Positions 26,901 through 39,800 of a stretch of DNA of 64,000 nt are shown here, in pieces; positions within the stretch are counted from its first letter, which is position 1, and every line of letters begins with the position of its first letter. A program made the translations under genes and the position numbers. The notes below the pieces were generated by a model, which was not told where the DNA came from, did not search any database, and saw only the letters and a list, made by a program, of their open reading frames with translations. The stretch is from Macrostomum lignano (lineage: Eukaryota). The stretch is taken from contig NIVC01002088.1 in assembly GCA_002269645.1 (NCBI GenBank), positions 141,631 through 205,630 of the forward strand. The letters run 5' to 3'.

Positions 26901-27874
26901 AAATAAAAAGAAACTAGCATTAGAAAACGATTTGCACGAGACGGCAACCTCGAGCTTCCAATCGGGCAGACGCTGCTTCATGGGTGTGAAAGATGAGGAA
27001 CTCAGAAAAGCAAGGTAGAAACACAAAAAGCATCAAAACAATGCACAGTAAAAGAGAGCAGATTTTAACTGGCTATTCAAATTTGTCTCACAAAAACGGG
27101 AGGACAATCCAGGAATGCAATGCAACAATCATTGCATCGAATCTAGGGCTAGCAGGCTGCAGTCTCAGTAGCGGGTTACAGTTTATTTAGGTGTTTGAAT
27201 AAAGCTCCAAACACACAAGAATGAGTAGAGCCTACTCAACCCCCCCCACAAAGTTATAAAAATACGATGGCTAACAGACAGTGAAAAAAGTACAGAGGGG
27301 ACATCGAATATCAAATTCGATTATAATAATATTACATTGCACAATAACAAACATTATTGCACTTTCCACAAACCAAAAATCGACGAACAAATGCCTGCCA
27401 TCGCAATCTCTACAGAAAACATTTTGACGTGGACACTTATATTTCTTGGCCATGTATACTATCGACACCCATAGATGCAGGACTACTTTCACGAAAATTA
27501 TTGACTTTGTAAACACAGACAGTAACAATTTAATAATCAGAGGGATAAACAACAGTATTCTACGAGCGCGGCTAAAATAAAGGATAATTCCACGAAGCAC
27601 AGATCAAATTATATCAAACTACAGATCAAACAGCTACTCGAATATGGCCCGTAAACAGACTCAAATGGACTCTAACAGTCTTGTAGAATAATAACAACTC
27701 GAGTACAATATACAGTTCATCGCTAAGTAGGACGAGCGGAGCAAGACAAATGGGCTTTAACAACGAATACGAGAACAAAATATTTGAAACGACTAAGTCC
27801 CCAAAGGTAAATTCCCACTCAATTTTCAGCTTGGATTCAACCGTATCCAACACGGATACTTTGAAAAGTCGAGT

Positions 27875-30800
27875 TCAGATGCCCGTTGTGCCGTTCAGCA
27901 GGCCTCGCTTAGTCAGGCCGTCCGTCAGGGCCTCGTAGAATTTCAGCTGGTCATCCGGTCTGAGTGAGTACACCTGCCGCAACAGGTGGTGCGGCGAGGT
28001 TACCCTGAACAGGTGGATTACAAAAAAGGTGTTGATTATGCGATGAGCTAAGCAATTCACTGCCCATTATCCAGTTCTATGGGCTAGACTAGCAATCCAC
28101 TGCCCATTATTCAGTTCTATGGGCTAGACTAGCAATCCACTGCCCATTATTCAGTTCTATGGGCTAGACTAGCAATCCACTGCCCATTATCCAGTTCTAT
28201 GGGCTAGACTAGCAATCCACTGACCATTATTCAGTTCTATGGGCTAGACTAGCAATCCACTGCCCATTATTCAGTTCTATGGGCTAGACTAGCAATTCAC
28301 TGCCCATTATCCAGTTCTATGGGCTAGACTAGCAATCCACTGCCCATTATCCAGTTCTATGGGCTAGACTAGCAATCCACTGCCCATTATTCAGTTCTAT
28401 GGGCTAGACTAGCAATCCACTGCCCATTATTCAGTTCTATGGGCTAGACTAGCAATCCACTGACCATTATTCAGTTCTATGGGCTAGACTAGCAATCCAC
28501 TGCCCATTATCCAGTTCTATGGGCTAGACTAGCAATCCACTGCCCATTATCCAGTTCTATGGGCTAGACTAGCAATCCACTGCCCATTATTCAGTTCTAT
28601 GGGCTAGACTAGCAATCCACTGCCCATTATTCAGTTCTATGGGCTAGACTAGCAATCCACTGCCCATTATCCAGTTTTATGGGCTAGACTAGCAATCCAC
28701 TGCCCATTATTCAGTTCTATGGGCTAGACTAGCAATCCACTGCCCATTATTCAGTTCTATGGGCTAGACTAGCAATCCACTGCCCATTATTCAGTTCTAT
28801 GGGCTAGACTAGCAATCCACTGCCCATTATTCAGTTCTATGGACTAGACTAGCAATTCACTGCCCATTATCCAGTTCTATGGGCTAGACTAGCAATCCAC
28901 TGCCCATTATCCAGTTCTATGGGCTAGACTAGCAATCCACTGCCCATTATTCAGTTCTATGGGCTAGACTAGCAATCCACTGCCCATTATTCAGTTCTAT
29001 GGGCTAGACTAGCAATCCACTGACCATTATTCAGTTCTATGGGCTAGACTAGCAATCCACTGCCCATTATCCAGTTCTATGGGCTAGACTAGCAATCCAC
29101 TGCCCATTATCCAGTTCTATGGGCTAGACTAGCAATCCACTGCCCATTATCCAGTTCTATGGGCTAGACTAGCAATCCACTGCCCATTATTCAGTTCTAT
29201 GGGCTAGACTAGCAATCCACTGCCCATTATCCAGTTTTATGGGCTAGACTAGCAATCCACTGCCCATTATTCAGTTCTATGGGCTAGACTAGCAATCCAC
29301 TGCCCATTATTCAGTTCTATGGGCTAGACTAGCAATCCACTGCCCATTATTCAGTTCTATGGGCTAGACTAGCAATCCACTGCCCATTATTCAGTTCTAT
29401 GGGCTAGACTAGCAATCCACTGCCCATTATTCAGTTCTATGGGCTAGACTAGCAATCCACTGCCCATTATCCAGTTTTATGGGCTAGACTAGCAATCCAC
29501 TGCCCATTATTCAGTTCTATGGGCTAGACTAGCAATCCACTGCCCATTATTCAGTTCTATGGGCTAGACTAGCAATCCACTGCCCATTATTCAGTTCTAT
29601 GGGCTAGACTAGCAATCCACTGCCCATTATTCAGTTCTATGGGCTAGACTAGCAATCCACTGCCCATTATTCAGTTCTATGGGCTAGACTAGCAATCCAC
29701 TGCCCATTATTCAGTTCTATGGGCTAGACTAGCAATCCACTGCCCATTATCCAGTTCTATGGGCTAGACTAGCAATCCACTGCCCATTATCCAGTTCTAT
29801 GGGCTAGACTAGCAATCCACTGCCCATTATTCAGTTCTATGGGCTAGACTAGCAATCCACTGCCCATTATCCAGTTTTATGGGCTAGACTAGCAATCCAC
29901 TGCCCATTATTCAGTTCTATGGGCTAGACTAGCAATCCACTGCCCATTATTCAGTTCTATGGGCTAGACTAGCAATCCACTGCCCATTATTCAGTTCTAT
30001 GGGCTAGACTAGCAATCCACTGCCCATTATCCAGTTCTATGGGCTAGACTAGCAATCCACTGACCATTATTCAGTTCTATGGGCTAGACTAGCAATCCAC
30101 TGCCCATTATTCAGTTCTATGGGCTAGACTAGCAATTCACTGCCCATTATCCAGTTCTATGGGCTAGACTAGCAATCCACTGCCCATTATCCAGTTCTAT
30201 GGGCTAGACTAGCAATCCACTGCCCATTATTCAGTTCTATGGGCTAGACTAGCAATCCACTGCCCATTATTCAGTTCTATGGGCTAGACTAGCAATCCAC
30301 TGACCATTATTCAGTTCTATGGGCTAGACTAGCAATCCACTGCCCATTATTCAGTTCTATGGGCTAGACTAGCAATCCACTGCCCATTATCCAGTTCTAT
30401 GGGCTAGACTAGCAATCCACTGCCCATTATTCAGTTCTATGGGCTAGACTAGCAATCCACTGCCCATTATCCAGTTTTATGGGCTAGACTAGCAATCCAC
30501 TGCCCATTATTCAGTTCTATGGGCTAGACTAGCAATCCACTGCCCATTATTCAGTTCTATGGGCTAGACTAGCAATCCACTGCCCATTATTCAGTTCTAT
30601 GGGCTAGACTAGCAATCCACTGCCCATTATTCAGTTCTATGGGCTAGACTAGCAATCCACTGCCCATTATTCAGTTCTATGGGCTAGACTAGCAATCCAC
30701 TGCCCATTATCCAGTTTTATGGGCTAGACTAGCAATCCACTGCCCATTATTCAGTTCTATGGGCTAGACTAGCAATCCACTGCCCATTATTCAGTTCTAT

Positions 30801-33800
30801 GGGCTAGACTAGCAATCCACTGCCCATTATTCAGTTCTATGGGCTAGACTAGCAATCCACTGCCCATTATTCAGTTCTATGGGCTAGACTAGCAATCCAC
30901 TGCCCATTATTCAGTTCTATGGGCTAGACTAGCAATCCACTGACCATTATTCAGTTCTATGGGCTAGACTAGCAATCCACTGCCCATTATCCAGTTCTAT
31001 GGGCTAGACTAGCAATCCACTGCCCATTATCCAGTTCTATGGGCTAGACTAGCAATCCACTGCCCATTATTCAGTTCTATGGGCTAGACTAGCAATCCAC
31101 TGACCATTATTCAGTTCTATGGGCTAGACTAGCAATCCACTGCCCATTATTCAGTTCTATGGGCTAGACTAGCAATCCACTGCCCATTATTCAGTTCTAT
31201 GGGCTAGACTAGCAATCCACTGACCATTATTCAGTTCTATGGGCTAGACTAGCAATCCACTGACCATTATTCAGTTCTATGGGCTAGACTAGCAATCCAC
31301 TGCCCATTATCCAGTTCTATGGGCTAGACTAGCAATCCACTGCCCATTATTCAGTTCTATGGGCTAGACTAGCAATCCACTGCCCATTATCCAGTTTTAT
31401 GGGCTAGACTAGCAATCCACTGCCCATTATTCAGTTCTATGGGCTAGACTAGCAATCCACTGCCCATTATTCAGTTCTATGGGCTAGACTAGCAATCCAC
31501 TGCCCATTATTCAGTTCTATGGGCTAGACTAGCAATCCACTGCCCATTATTCAGTTCTATGGGCTAGACTAGCAATCCACTGCCCATTATCCAGTTCTAT
31601 GGGCTAGACTAGCAATCCACTGCCCATTATCCAGTTCTATGGGCTAGACTAGCAATCCACTGCCCATTATTCAGTTCTATGGGCTAGACTAGCAATCCAC
31701 TGCCCATTATTCAGTTCTATGGGCTAGACTAGCAATCCACTGCCCATTATTCAGTTCTATGGGCTAGACTAGCAATCCACTGCCCATTATTCAGTTCTAT
31801 GGGCTAGACTAGCAATCCACTGCCCATTATCCAGTTTTATGGGCTAGACTAGCAATCCACTGCCCATTATTCAGTTCTATGGGCTAGACTAGCAATCCAC
31901 TGCCCATTATTCAGTTCTATGGGCTAGACTAGCAATCCACTGCCCATTATTCAGTTCTATGGGCTAGACTAGCAATCCACTGCCCATTATTCAGTTCTAT
32001 GGGCTAGACTAGCAATCAACTGCATATTAGACAGTTTAATGGGCTAGACTAAGAAGCCACTGACTGATATCTGAGATCAAAATTAAAACTAAATTAAATT
32101 AAATTAAAGGCAAAATTCAAAATCAAAATTAAATTAATCTAATTAACCTACTAGCCTGCTATAAGTAGCATATAGCGTAAAACAAAGAGAGTCAGCTCAC
32201 ATGATGAAGGTCTGGAAGTACACATAGACGAAGGTGCCCATGATGATCTGGCAGTCGAATCGGTCAGTCATGCCGCCATGGCCGGGAATCAGGTCGCCAA
32301 AGTCCTTGATTTTGAAGGCGCGCTTGAATCCGGACGCAAAGAAGCCGCCAAACGGGCCGACAAAAGAGGCGAAGGTGGCCATGATGATGCTGTGCCAGTA
32401 GAACGGGTACCACGGGATGGAGGACAAAAACAGCTGCGAGTTCGGGAAAGGCGGTGGGAGCGCAAGGTAGGATGCAATAATTTTAGAGAAGGGTTCGAAT
32501 CTAGACTATTCCAGCTCGTAGTTTAACAAACATAATGCAGAAAATATTTAATTGACAGTTTCATTTTTAACCTAGTTTTGAAAAACGGAGGATCTACTTT
32601 TTTTCAGTAGTTTGTCTGTGCAGTTTTACTCAAAATTTAATGTGGCAGACTTTCTTCCTCTGGGTGTGCGGCCTCAGGAGCATATGGAGTTAAGAATCAA
32701 CAAGTATTTAACTGGGTGTACACAAAGTGAACGCATGAGGGACGAAACTCAGCCTAGGGGCCGGCAAATCTAGCTCAGCCAATGAGAGAGCAGTAAGGAG
32801 AGAAGTCTAAGTCAGACGGACGAAACTCAGCCTAGGGGGCAGGCCAATCTACTCGTAGCTCAGCCAATGAGAGAGCAGTAAGGAAGGAGGCAAGAGGAAA
32901 GCCAAACTGTTTGTTTATCGGACTGGCTGGGGGCTGGGCGCTACCCCTTTTCTCTTGCCCGCTATGCGCACGAAGTGAATTTGGGTTTTCGAGTTTTCCT
33001 GCGCCATCTTCCAGTCTTCTTGACTTCATTTTTTACTGACGCAGGTTGTCCGTAGAATTTTTCTTTTCGATTTCCAGGTTCCTTCTATTTCTACAGGTTT
33101 AATTTCTACAGGTTTGAAGATAATTTTTGCTTCTAGGTAAAAATTTCTGACGGTTCAGCAGCATTGGGAAAGTTTATTTGTTAACACTTACATAATAAAA
33201 CACAGAAAAGACGTTTTGCACAAAAATTTAGATGAGTGTAATCTCATGGCCGTGTTTACACTGGATATTTTCTGACCCAGTCTCGAATATTTCTTATGCA
33301 AGAGTTTCACCGCTCCACAACAAATGAAACTTTAACTGTTTCAAATGGCTAGACAACACACAGCAAAGTTGCTTTGAAGATTGACTGAAGCCGTTCATTC
33401 CCGAAAAAGATTCACAGCTGAGTGCCAATAGGTTATAAAGAATGGATTATCGCGCCATCAAATGGAGTCAGCAATCTTAGAGCTGCTCGGACCGTGGCCA
33501 GGGCCCGCCGCCTGCACTTTTAGCTTAGTTCAAGCCCCAGCCGAGGAGGAGCAATGGGTACAGTAGTAGCGAAGCTCATCTTGCCATCCTTTTTCTCTCG
33601 CGGGAACAATTTTTTATTAGTCTTCTTAATGTGAGCTGCTCGGCTTGTGTTCGAGTTCTAGACTGTGTTCTGCTGTCTTCTAGAAGCAGTTCCACCCGAT
33701 TGCGCTGCCGAACCGCACAATGCATGGTCACTGTTTTTTGTTTTATCTTTCATCTCAAATCGGATTCCATTGTCTATTTCTATTGATTAGATTTCACTTT

Positions 33801-36800
33801 CATTCTCTTTCTCTCCTTCCAGTTAAAGCAGTTTGCTTATCTTTCACTGCCTCTTCCAATTCATCTATTCCCTTAACAATTTTCGAATAATAAATGTCTT
33901 TTTCAATTCACACCTCTTACTTTTCTTCAGTCCTTTTTAATTTAGTTTCTAATTCTCTTCCTTTTTTTACTTCCGTAACCTTTCTTCGAATCCCCCACTT
34001 TCCCATTGCTCGAAAGGGAGAATTTAGCAGACTGTGAGACTGGTGAAAGTCTAGCAAACCGCCGAGGAAATGAAGTACGCTAGTGACGGTCGAGGAGAAG
34101 GAGGGTCAGAAATTCACTCTCAAACCTTAAGCCTCTCCCGTCCGAACACGGAGAGCTGTGCGGTAAAGTACACAGGCTGGGCCTTAGGGAAGTACGCAGC
34201 AGGAATAACTGTCAGGGCTAGCTTAAGAAGCCGCCGATAGGGAAAAAGGGGGAAGCCGGTAGGAGAAAGAGAGAAAAGACGAATAGGAGTCCCAGCCCAA
34301 GTTAACCAATAGGGCAAGCGCTGATGCCACACGCCACTGGTTTCATATTAAAAAATCGTAAGCCTAGGGCGTGTCCCAACACTGGGCTAGGCCGAGTACA
34401 TAATAATATATTATAAATCAGCGCACAGAGCTTGCCCATTGAAACCCGAGCCCGCAACTACTCGTAGCTTTGGGGTCAATTATTATCCAATCGTAAATAT
34501 TGTAACTGGGTGCAGAGCAGCTCAGCGATAAACACTTTCGACTCTCGCGCCACGGCCCTGGTTCGATTCCGCGCTGCCCGAAGGCTTTTGCACGAAAACT
34601 AGCCGGGGGGGGGGGGTTGTCGTGTGATTCACACCGTAAGACCCCCTCCACCAAGGCACAGAGGGTGTGTACATGCCTGACACAAGGACTACTCACCCCC
34701 CCCCCACCAAGGCACAGAGGGTGTGTACATGCCTGACACAAGGACTACTCACCCCCCCCACCAAGGCACAGAGGGTGTGTACATGCCTGACACAAGGACT
34801 ACTCACCCCCCACCAAGGCACAGAGGGTGTGTACATGCCTGACACAAGGACTACTCACCCCCCCCACCAAGGCACAGAGGGTGTGTACATGCCTGACACA
34901 AGGACTACTCACCCCCCACCAAGGCACAGAGGGTGTGTACATGCCTGACACAAGGACTACTCACCCCCACCAAGGCACAGAGGGTGTGTACATGCCTGAC
35001 ACAAGGACTACTCACCCCCCCACCAAGGCACAGAGGGTGTGTACATGCCTGACACAAGGACTACTCACCCCCCCCACCAAGGCACAGAGGGTGTGTACAT
35101 GCCTGACACAAGGACTACTCACCCCCCCCCACCAAGGCACAGAGGGTGTGTACATGCCTGACACAAGGACTACTCACCCCCCCACCAAGGCACAGAGGGT
35201 GTGTACATGCCTGACACAAGGACTACTCACCCCCCCCCCACCAAGGCACAGAGGGTGTGTACATGCCTGACACAAGGACTACTCACCCCCTCCACCAAGG
35301 CACAGAGGGTGTGTACATGCCTGACACAAGGACTACTCACCCCCCTCCACCAAGGCACAGAGGGTGTGTACATGCCTGACACAAGGACTACTCACCCCCC
35401 TCCACCAAGGCACAGAGGGTGTGTACATGCCTGACACAAGGACTACTAAAGGAGGACTGGAAACTGCGTTTCTTAGAAAATGTTTATGAGGCTGGTTTTC
35501 GCCAAAAAATACATTACGGAGATTGGAAGTTTTCATTTTTTCAGCACAAAAATTGTTATTGCTTTTGATAGGAGGCAGACCTAATGTTCATCTTTTGAGA
35601 GATTTTGTGCCTGGCTTATAGCTCTATTGATATTTATAAAACTTTTCGTTCAGAAAGTTAGAATCCTATGCTATTTTCTTATAGATTGTACAATTGTGCA
35701 TGTCCTGTGCCTAAAAACCATTAAAATGGCACGGCTCGGCTCATTGGTTTTATGAATCTATTATATCATTCTTAGCTGACTGTGTGTAACAATATGTGTG
35801 ACAGAGATGATAAAATAGATTATAGATTAGTTTAATAGGTTCTTAATAGATTAATATAAAACAACACAAAGACAATGGATAAATAATCAGCGGTCCCAGT
35901 GCGTGATAACGATTGTCTTCAATAACGATTGAAGACAAATCGTTGTCACGTGCTGCGACCGCTGATACTTTGCATTGTTTTTCTGTTTGACGATCCTACA
36001 GACAATGCATTGTTTATAGTAGTGGATTGTTCTGTGAATAATATCGTCAAATTGCTAAACAATGTCCCTGAAGGCGTTGCGCCAGGATGCCCCCACAGCT
36101 CTCCTGAAAATATTATATCATTCATCAATAGTGAATTGAGAACACAAGAAGAGGAACACAGAGAGCGCAAAGCTGAGGTGGCGGACTGGTATGCCTCAAG
36201 GAAAAGAGACAGGTCGGAGATCAATGCAAATGGGAAATACACAGGTAGGATCTAGGCGATTCTATGAAATCCGATTATTCACGGCTGAACTCCCCAGTCC
36301 CGATTTCTGTCCGACATCATGGAATGGGAGCGGCACATAAAACTAGGGATTTTTCTCCTGCTGCCTATGCAACTGCCGCATGGAAATCTGATTGCAGAAT
36401 ATTGCCCAGAGAGAGCCACAGGGGAACTGCATGCTCAAGATGTGCGCACATTTTTCTGCAACGACTCAGTCTGGTGCATGAGAATCACTCAGTCTGGTGC
36501 ATGAGAATCACTCAGTCTGATGCATGAGATTCACTCAGTCTGGTGAATGAGAATCACTCAGTCTGATGCATGAGAATCACTCAGTCTGTTGCATGAGATT
36601 CACTCAGTCTGGTGCATGAGAATCACTCAGTCTGATGCATGAGAATCACTCAGTCTGATGCATGAGAATCACTCAGTCTGATGCATGAGAATCACTCAGT
36701 CTGTTGCATGAGATTCACTCAGTCTGGTGCATGAGAATCACTCAGTCTGATGCATGAGAATCACTCAGTCTGATGCATGAGAATCACTCAGTCTGATGCA

Positions 36801-39800
36801 TGAGAATCACTCAGTCTGATGCATGAGAATCACTCAGTCTGATGCATGAGAATCACTCAGTCTGGTGCATGAGAATCACTCAGGCTGGGCGCTCGGCAAT
36901 GCCTAGCTCACCAGTTTGCCAACCACAGGAATGTGGAAGGTGGAGCGCTCGAAGATCCAGTGCCGGACGCAGTTCATGCTGACGGCATCGCTGACCTCAT
37001 CGTACTCAAGCGGGCACACAAAGAAGTCGAACTGGATGAGAAAGTGGCTGAGCAGCACGCTAAACAGTATGGTGGACAGGCCGCCACCGATGAAGCCTTC
37101 CCAGGTCTTCTTCGGCGACAGCTTGATGAGGGGCGTCTTGCCGAAGAAGAAGCCGAACATGTAGGCCATGATGTCGTTGCAGATGATCATGGAAGAGGGC
37201 AGCAGCAGCCTGGGATGGGGCAATAAATGACAAAATTCATCAAACACTAGATTCAAATCTCAGCGCCCAGAGCTGCTGCATCAAAATCTCACATCTAGTG
37301 TAATTCCATAAAAATCTCACCTGAGATCAGCTCAATCGAAATCTCACATGAAACCAGCTCAATCGAAATCTCACATGAAATCAGCTCAATCGAAATCTCA
37401 CATGAAATCAGCTCAATCGAAATCTCACATGAAATCAGCTCAACCAAAATCTCACCTGAGATCAGCTCAATCAAAATCTCACATGAGATCAGCTCAATCG
37501 AAACCTCACATGAGATCAGCTCAATCAAAATCTCACATGAGATCAGCTCAATCGAAATCTCTCAACTGAGATCAGCCCATAGAAATCTCACATGAGATCA
37601 GCTCAATCGAAACCTCACATGAGATCAGCTCAATCAAAATCTCACATGAGATCAGCTCAATCGAAATCTCAACTGAGATCAGCCCATAGAAATCTCACAT
37701 GAGATCAGCTCAATCGAAACCTCACATGAGATCAGCTCAATCAAAATCTCACATGAGATCAGCTCAATCGAAATCTCAACTGAGATCAGCCCATAGAAAT
37801 CTCACATGAGATCAGCTCAATCGAAACCTCACATGAGATCAGCTCAATCAAAATCTCACATGAGATCAGCTCAATCGAAATCTCAACTGAGATCAGCCCA
37901 TAGAAATCTCACATGAGATCAGCTCAATCAAAATCTCACATGAGATCAGCTCAATCGAAATCTCAACTGAGATCAGCCCATAGAAATCTCACCTGAGATG
38001 AGCTCAATCGAAATCTCAACTGAGATCAGCCCATAGAAATCTCACCTGAGATGAGCTCAATCGAAATCTAACCCGAATAGCCAGTGCAGGTCATAATTAA
38101 TATTTTATTTACTATTTCACTTACCAAATGACGCCATTGAAAACGTTGCGAATCATGAAATGAGACGAAGTGACCAGAACTAGCAGAGCCATGTGCGTCC
38201 AGCCAAACTGAAAAAAATAATCGTAATACATCACTGGTTTCTCTGCACAACTCTAGGCGCAATTTGAATTAGGCTACAAGAGACCAACCAGAGTGAACTG
38301 CTGCAGGTAGTGCTTCTTAACCAGGCTGACCACAAAGCCCACGATACCACCGCAGTACAGGCAGAATGAGATGAACCGGTGGTAGGTGAGCAGCGGCTGC
38401 AGGAATTGCTGCAAGTTAAAGGGTGATAGCGATAAAACACGAAGGTCAGGAGATAAGCCGACGAGGTGTCCAGTCTGCCCTGAGGATACTAAACCTTCTC
38501 CAAGGTCACCCAGTCTACTCTGAAGACACCCAGTCTACTCTGAAGACACCCAGTCTACTCTGAAGACACCCAGTTTACTCTGAAGACACCCAGTCTACTC
38601 TGAAGACACCCAGTCTACTCTGAAGACACCCAGTCTACTCTGAAGACACCCAGTTTACTCTGAAGACACCCAGTCTTCTCTAAAGACACCCAGTCTACTC
38701 TGAAGACACCCAGTCTACTCTGAAGACACCCAGTCTACTCTGAAGACACCCAGTCTTCTCTAAAGACACCCAGTCTACTCTGAAGACACCCAGTTTACTC
38801 TGAAGACACCCAGTCTACTCTGAAGACACCCAGTCTACTCTGAAGACACCCAGTCTACTCTGAAGACACCCAGTCTACTCTGAAGACACCCAGTCTACTC
38901 TAAAGACACCCAGTCTACTCTGAAGACACCCAGTCTACTCTGAAGACACCCAGTCTACTCTGAAGACACCCAGTCTTCTCTAAAGACACCCAGTCTTCTC
39001 TAAAGACACCCAGTCTACTCTGAAGACACCCAGTCTACTCTGAAGACACCCAGTCTACTCTGAAGACACCCAGTCTTCTCTAAAGACACCCAGTCTACTC
39101 TGAAGACACCCAGTTTACTCTGAAGACACCCAGTCTACTCTGAAGACACCCAGTCTACTCTGAAGACACCCAGTCTACTCTGAAGACACCCAGTCTACTC
39201 TGAAGACACCCAGTCTACTCTAAAGACACCCAGTCTACTCTGAAGACACCCAGTCTACTCTGAAGACACCCAGTCTACCCTGAAGACACCCGGTCTACTC
39301 TGAAGACATCCAGTCAACCCTGAAGACATGAGACCTTCTCCAAAGACACCTGTCTGCTCTATAGACGCCTCAGCAATACTTCGTAAATCTCGTTTCTATA
39401 TTGAATTGCCGGCAACTTTCAGGTGCGCAATATGTACATTCTGTTACTCGAGACCCCACCCCAAGCGTGTCAAAGCTGACTCACATCCCGCTGCAGCAGA
39501 ATGCGGAACTGGTCAATCATACTCTCGCCAAAGAAGAAGTAGTTCGAGGTGAATAGAAAGAACCAGCTCAGAGTGCGGAACCACGGCAGGTCCTGGCTTT
39601 TGTACACAACGTAGCCAATGTTGATGATCTCGTAGAAGCACATCATTTGAATGATGAGGATCTGCGATGCGGGAAACCACCGAGTGAGCATGAAACAATC
39701 GGCTGAGTCTTGGAAAAAATTTGGCATTCAATTTCGGTCTGAAAGCGCTCACTCACCAGCACAACCATTGCCAGAGGTCCCAAATAGACAATGACGGAGA

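Noticed and set aside
24000-27850. Genes in the AT-rich interval between M1AP and CDS
   Set aside because: Only short random-looking ORFs; probably UTR, intron or intergenic sequence.
28051-32063. CRISPR array
   Set aside because: Head-to-tail identical units with no unique spacers, no cas genes, and a eukaryotic intron context.
28051-32063. Satellite-encoded hammerhead ribozyme
   Set aside because: The minus strand has CTGAATA rather than CTGAnGA, and there is no suitably placed GAAA.
33300-34335. Degenerate retroelement 5' region or coiled-coil ORF on the minus strand
   Set aside because: Multiple stops and no diagnostic domain.
35929-36527. Nested + strand gene inside a CDS intron
   Set aside because: Short ORFs without motifs that run into the 23-bp repeat; unsupported without RNA data.
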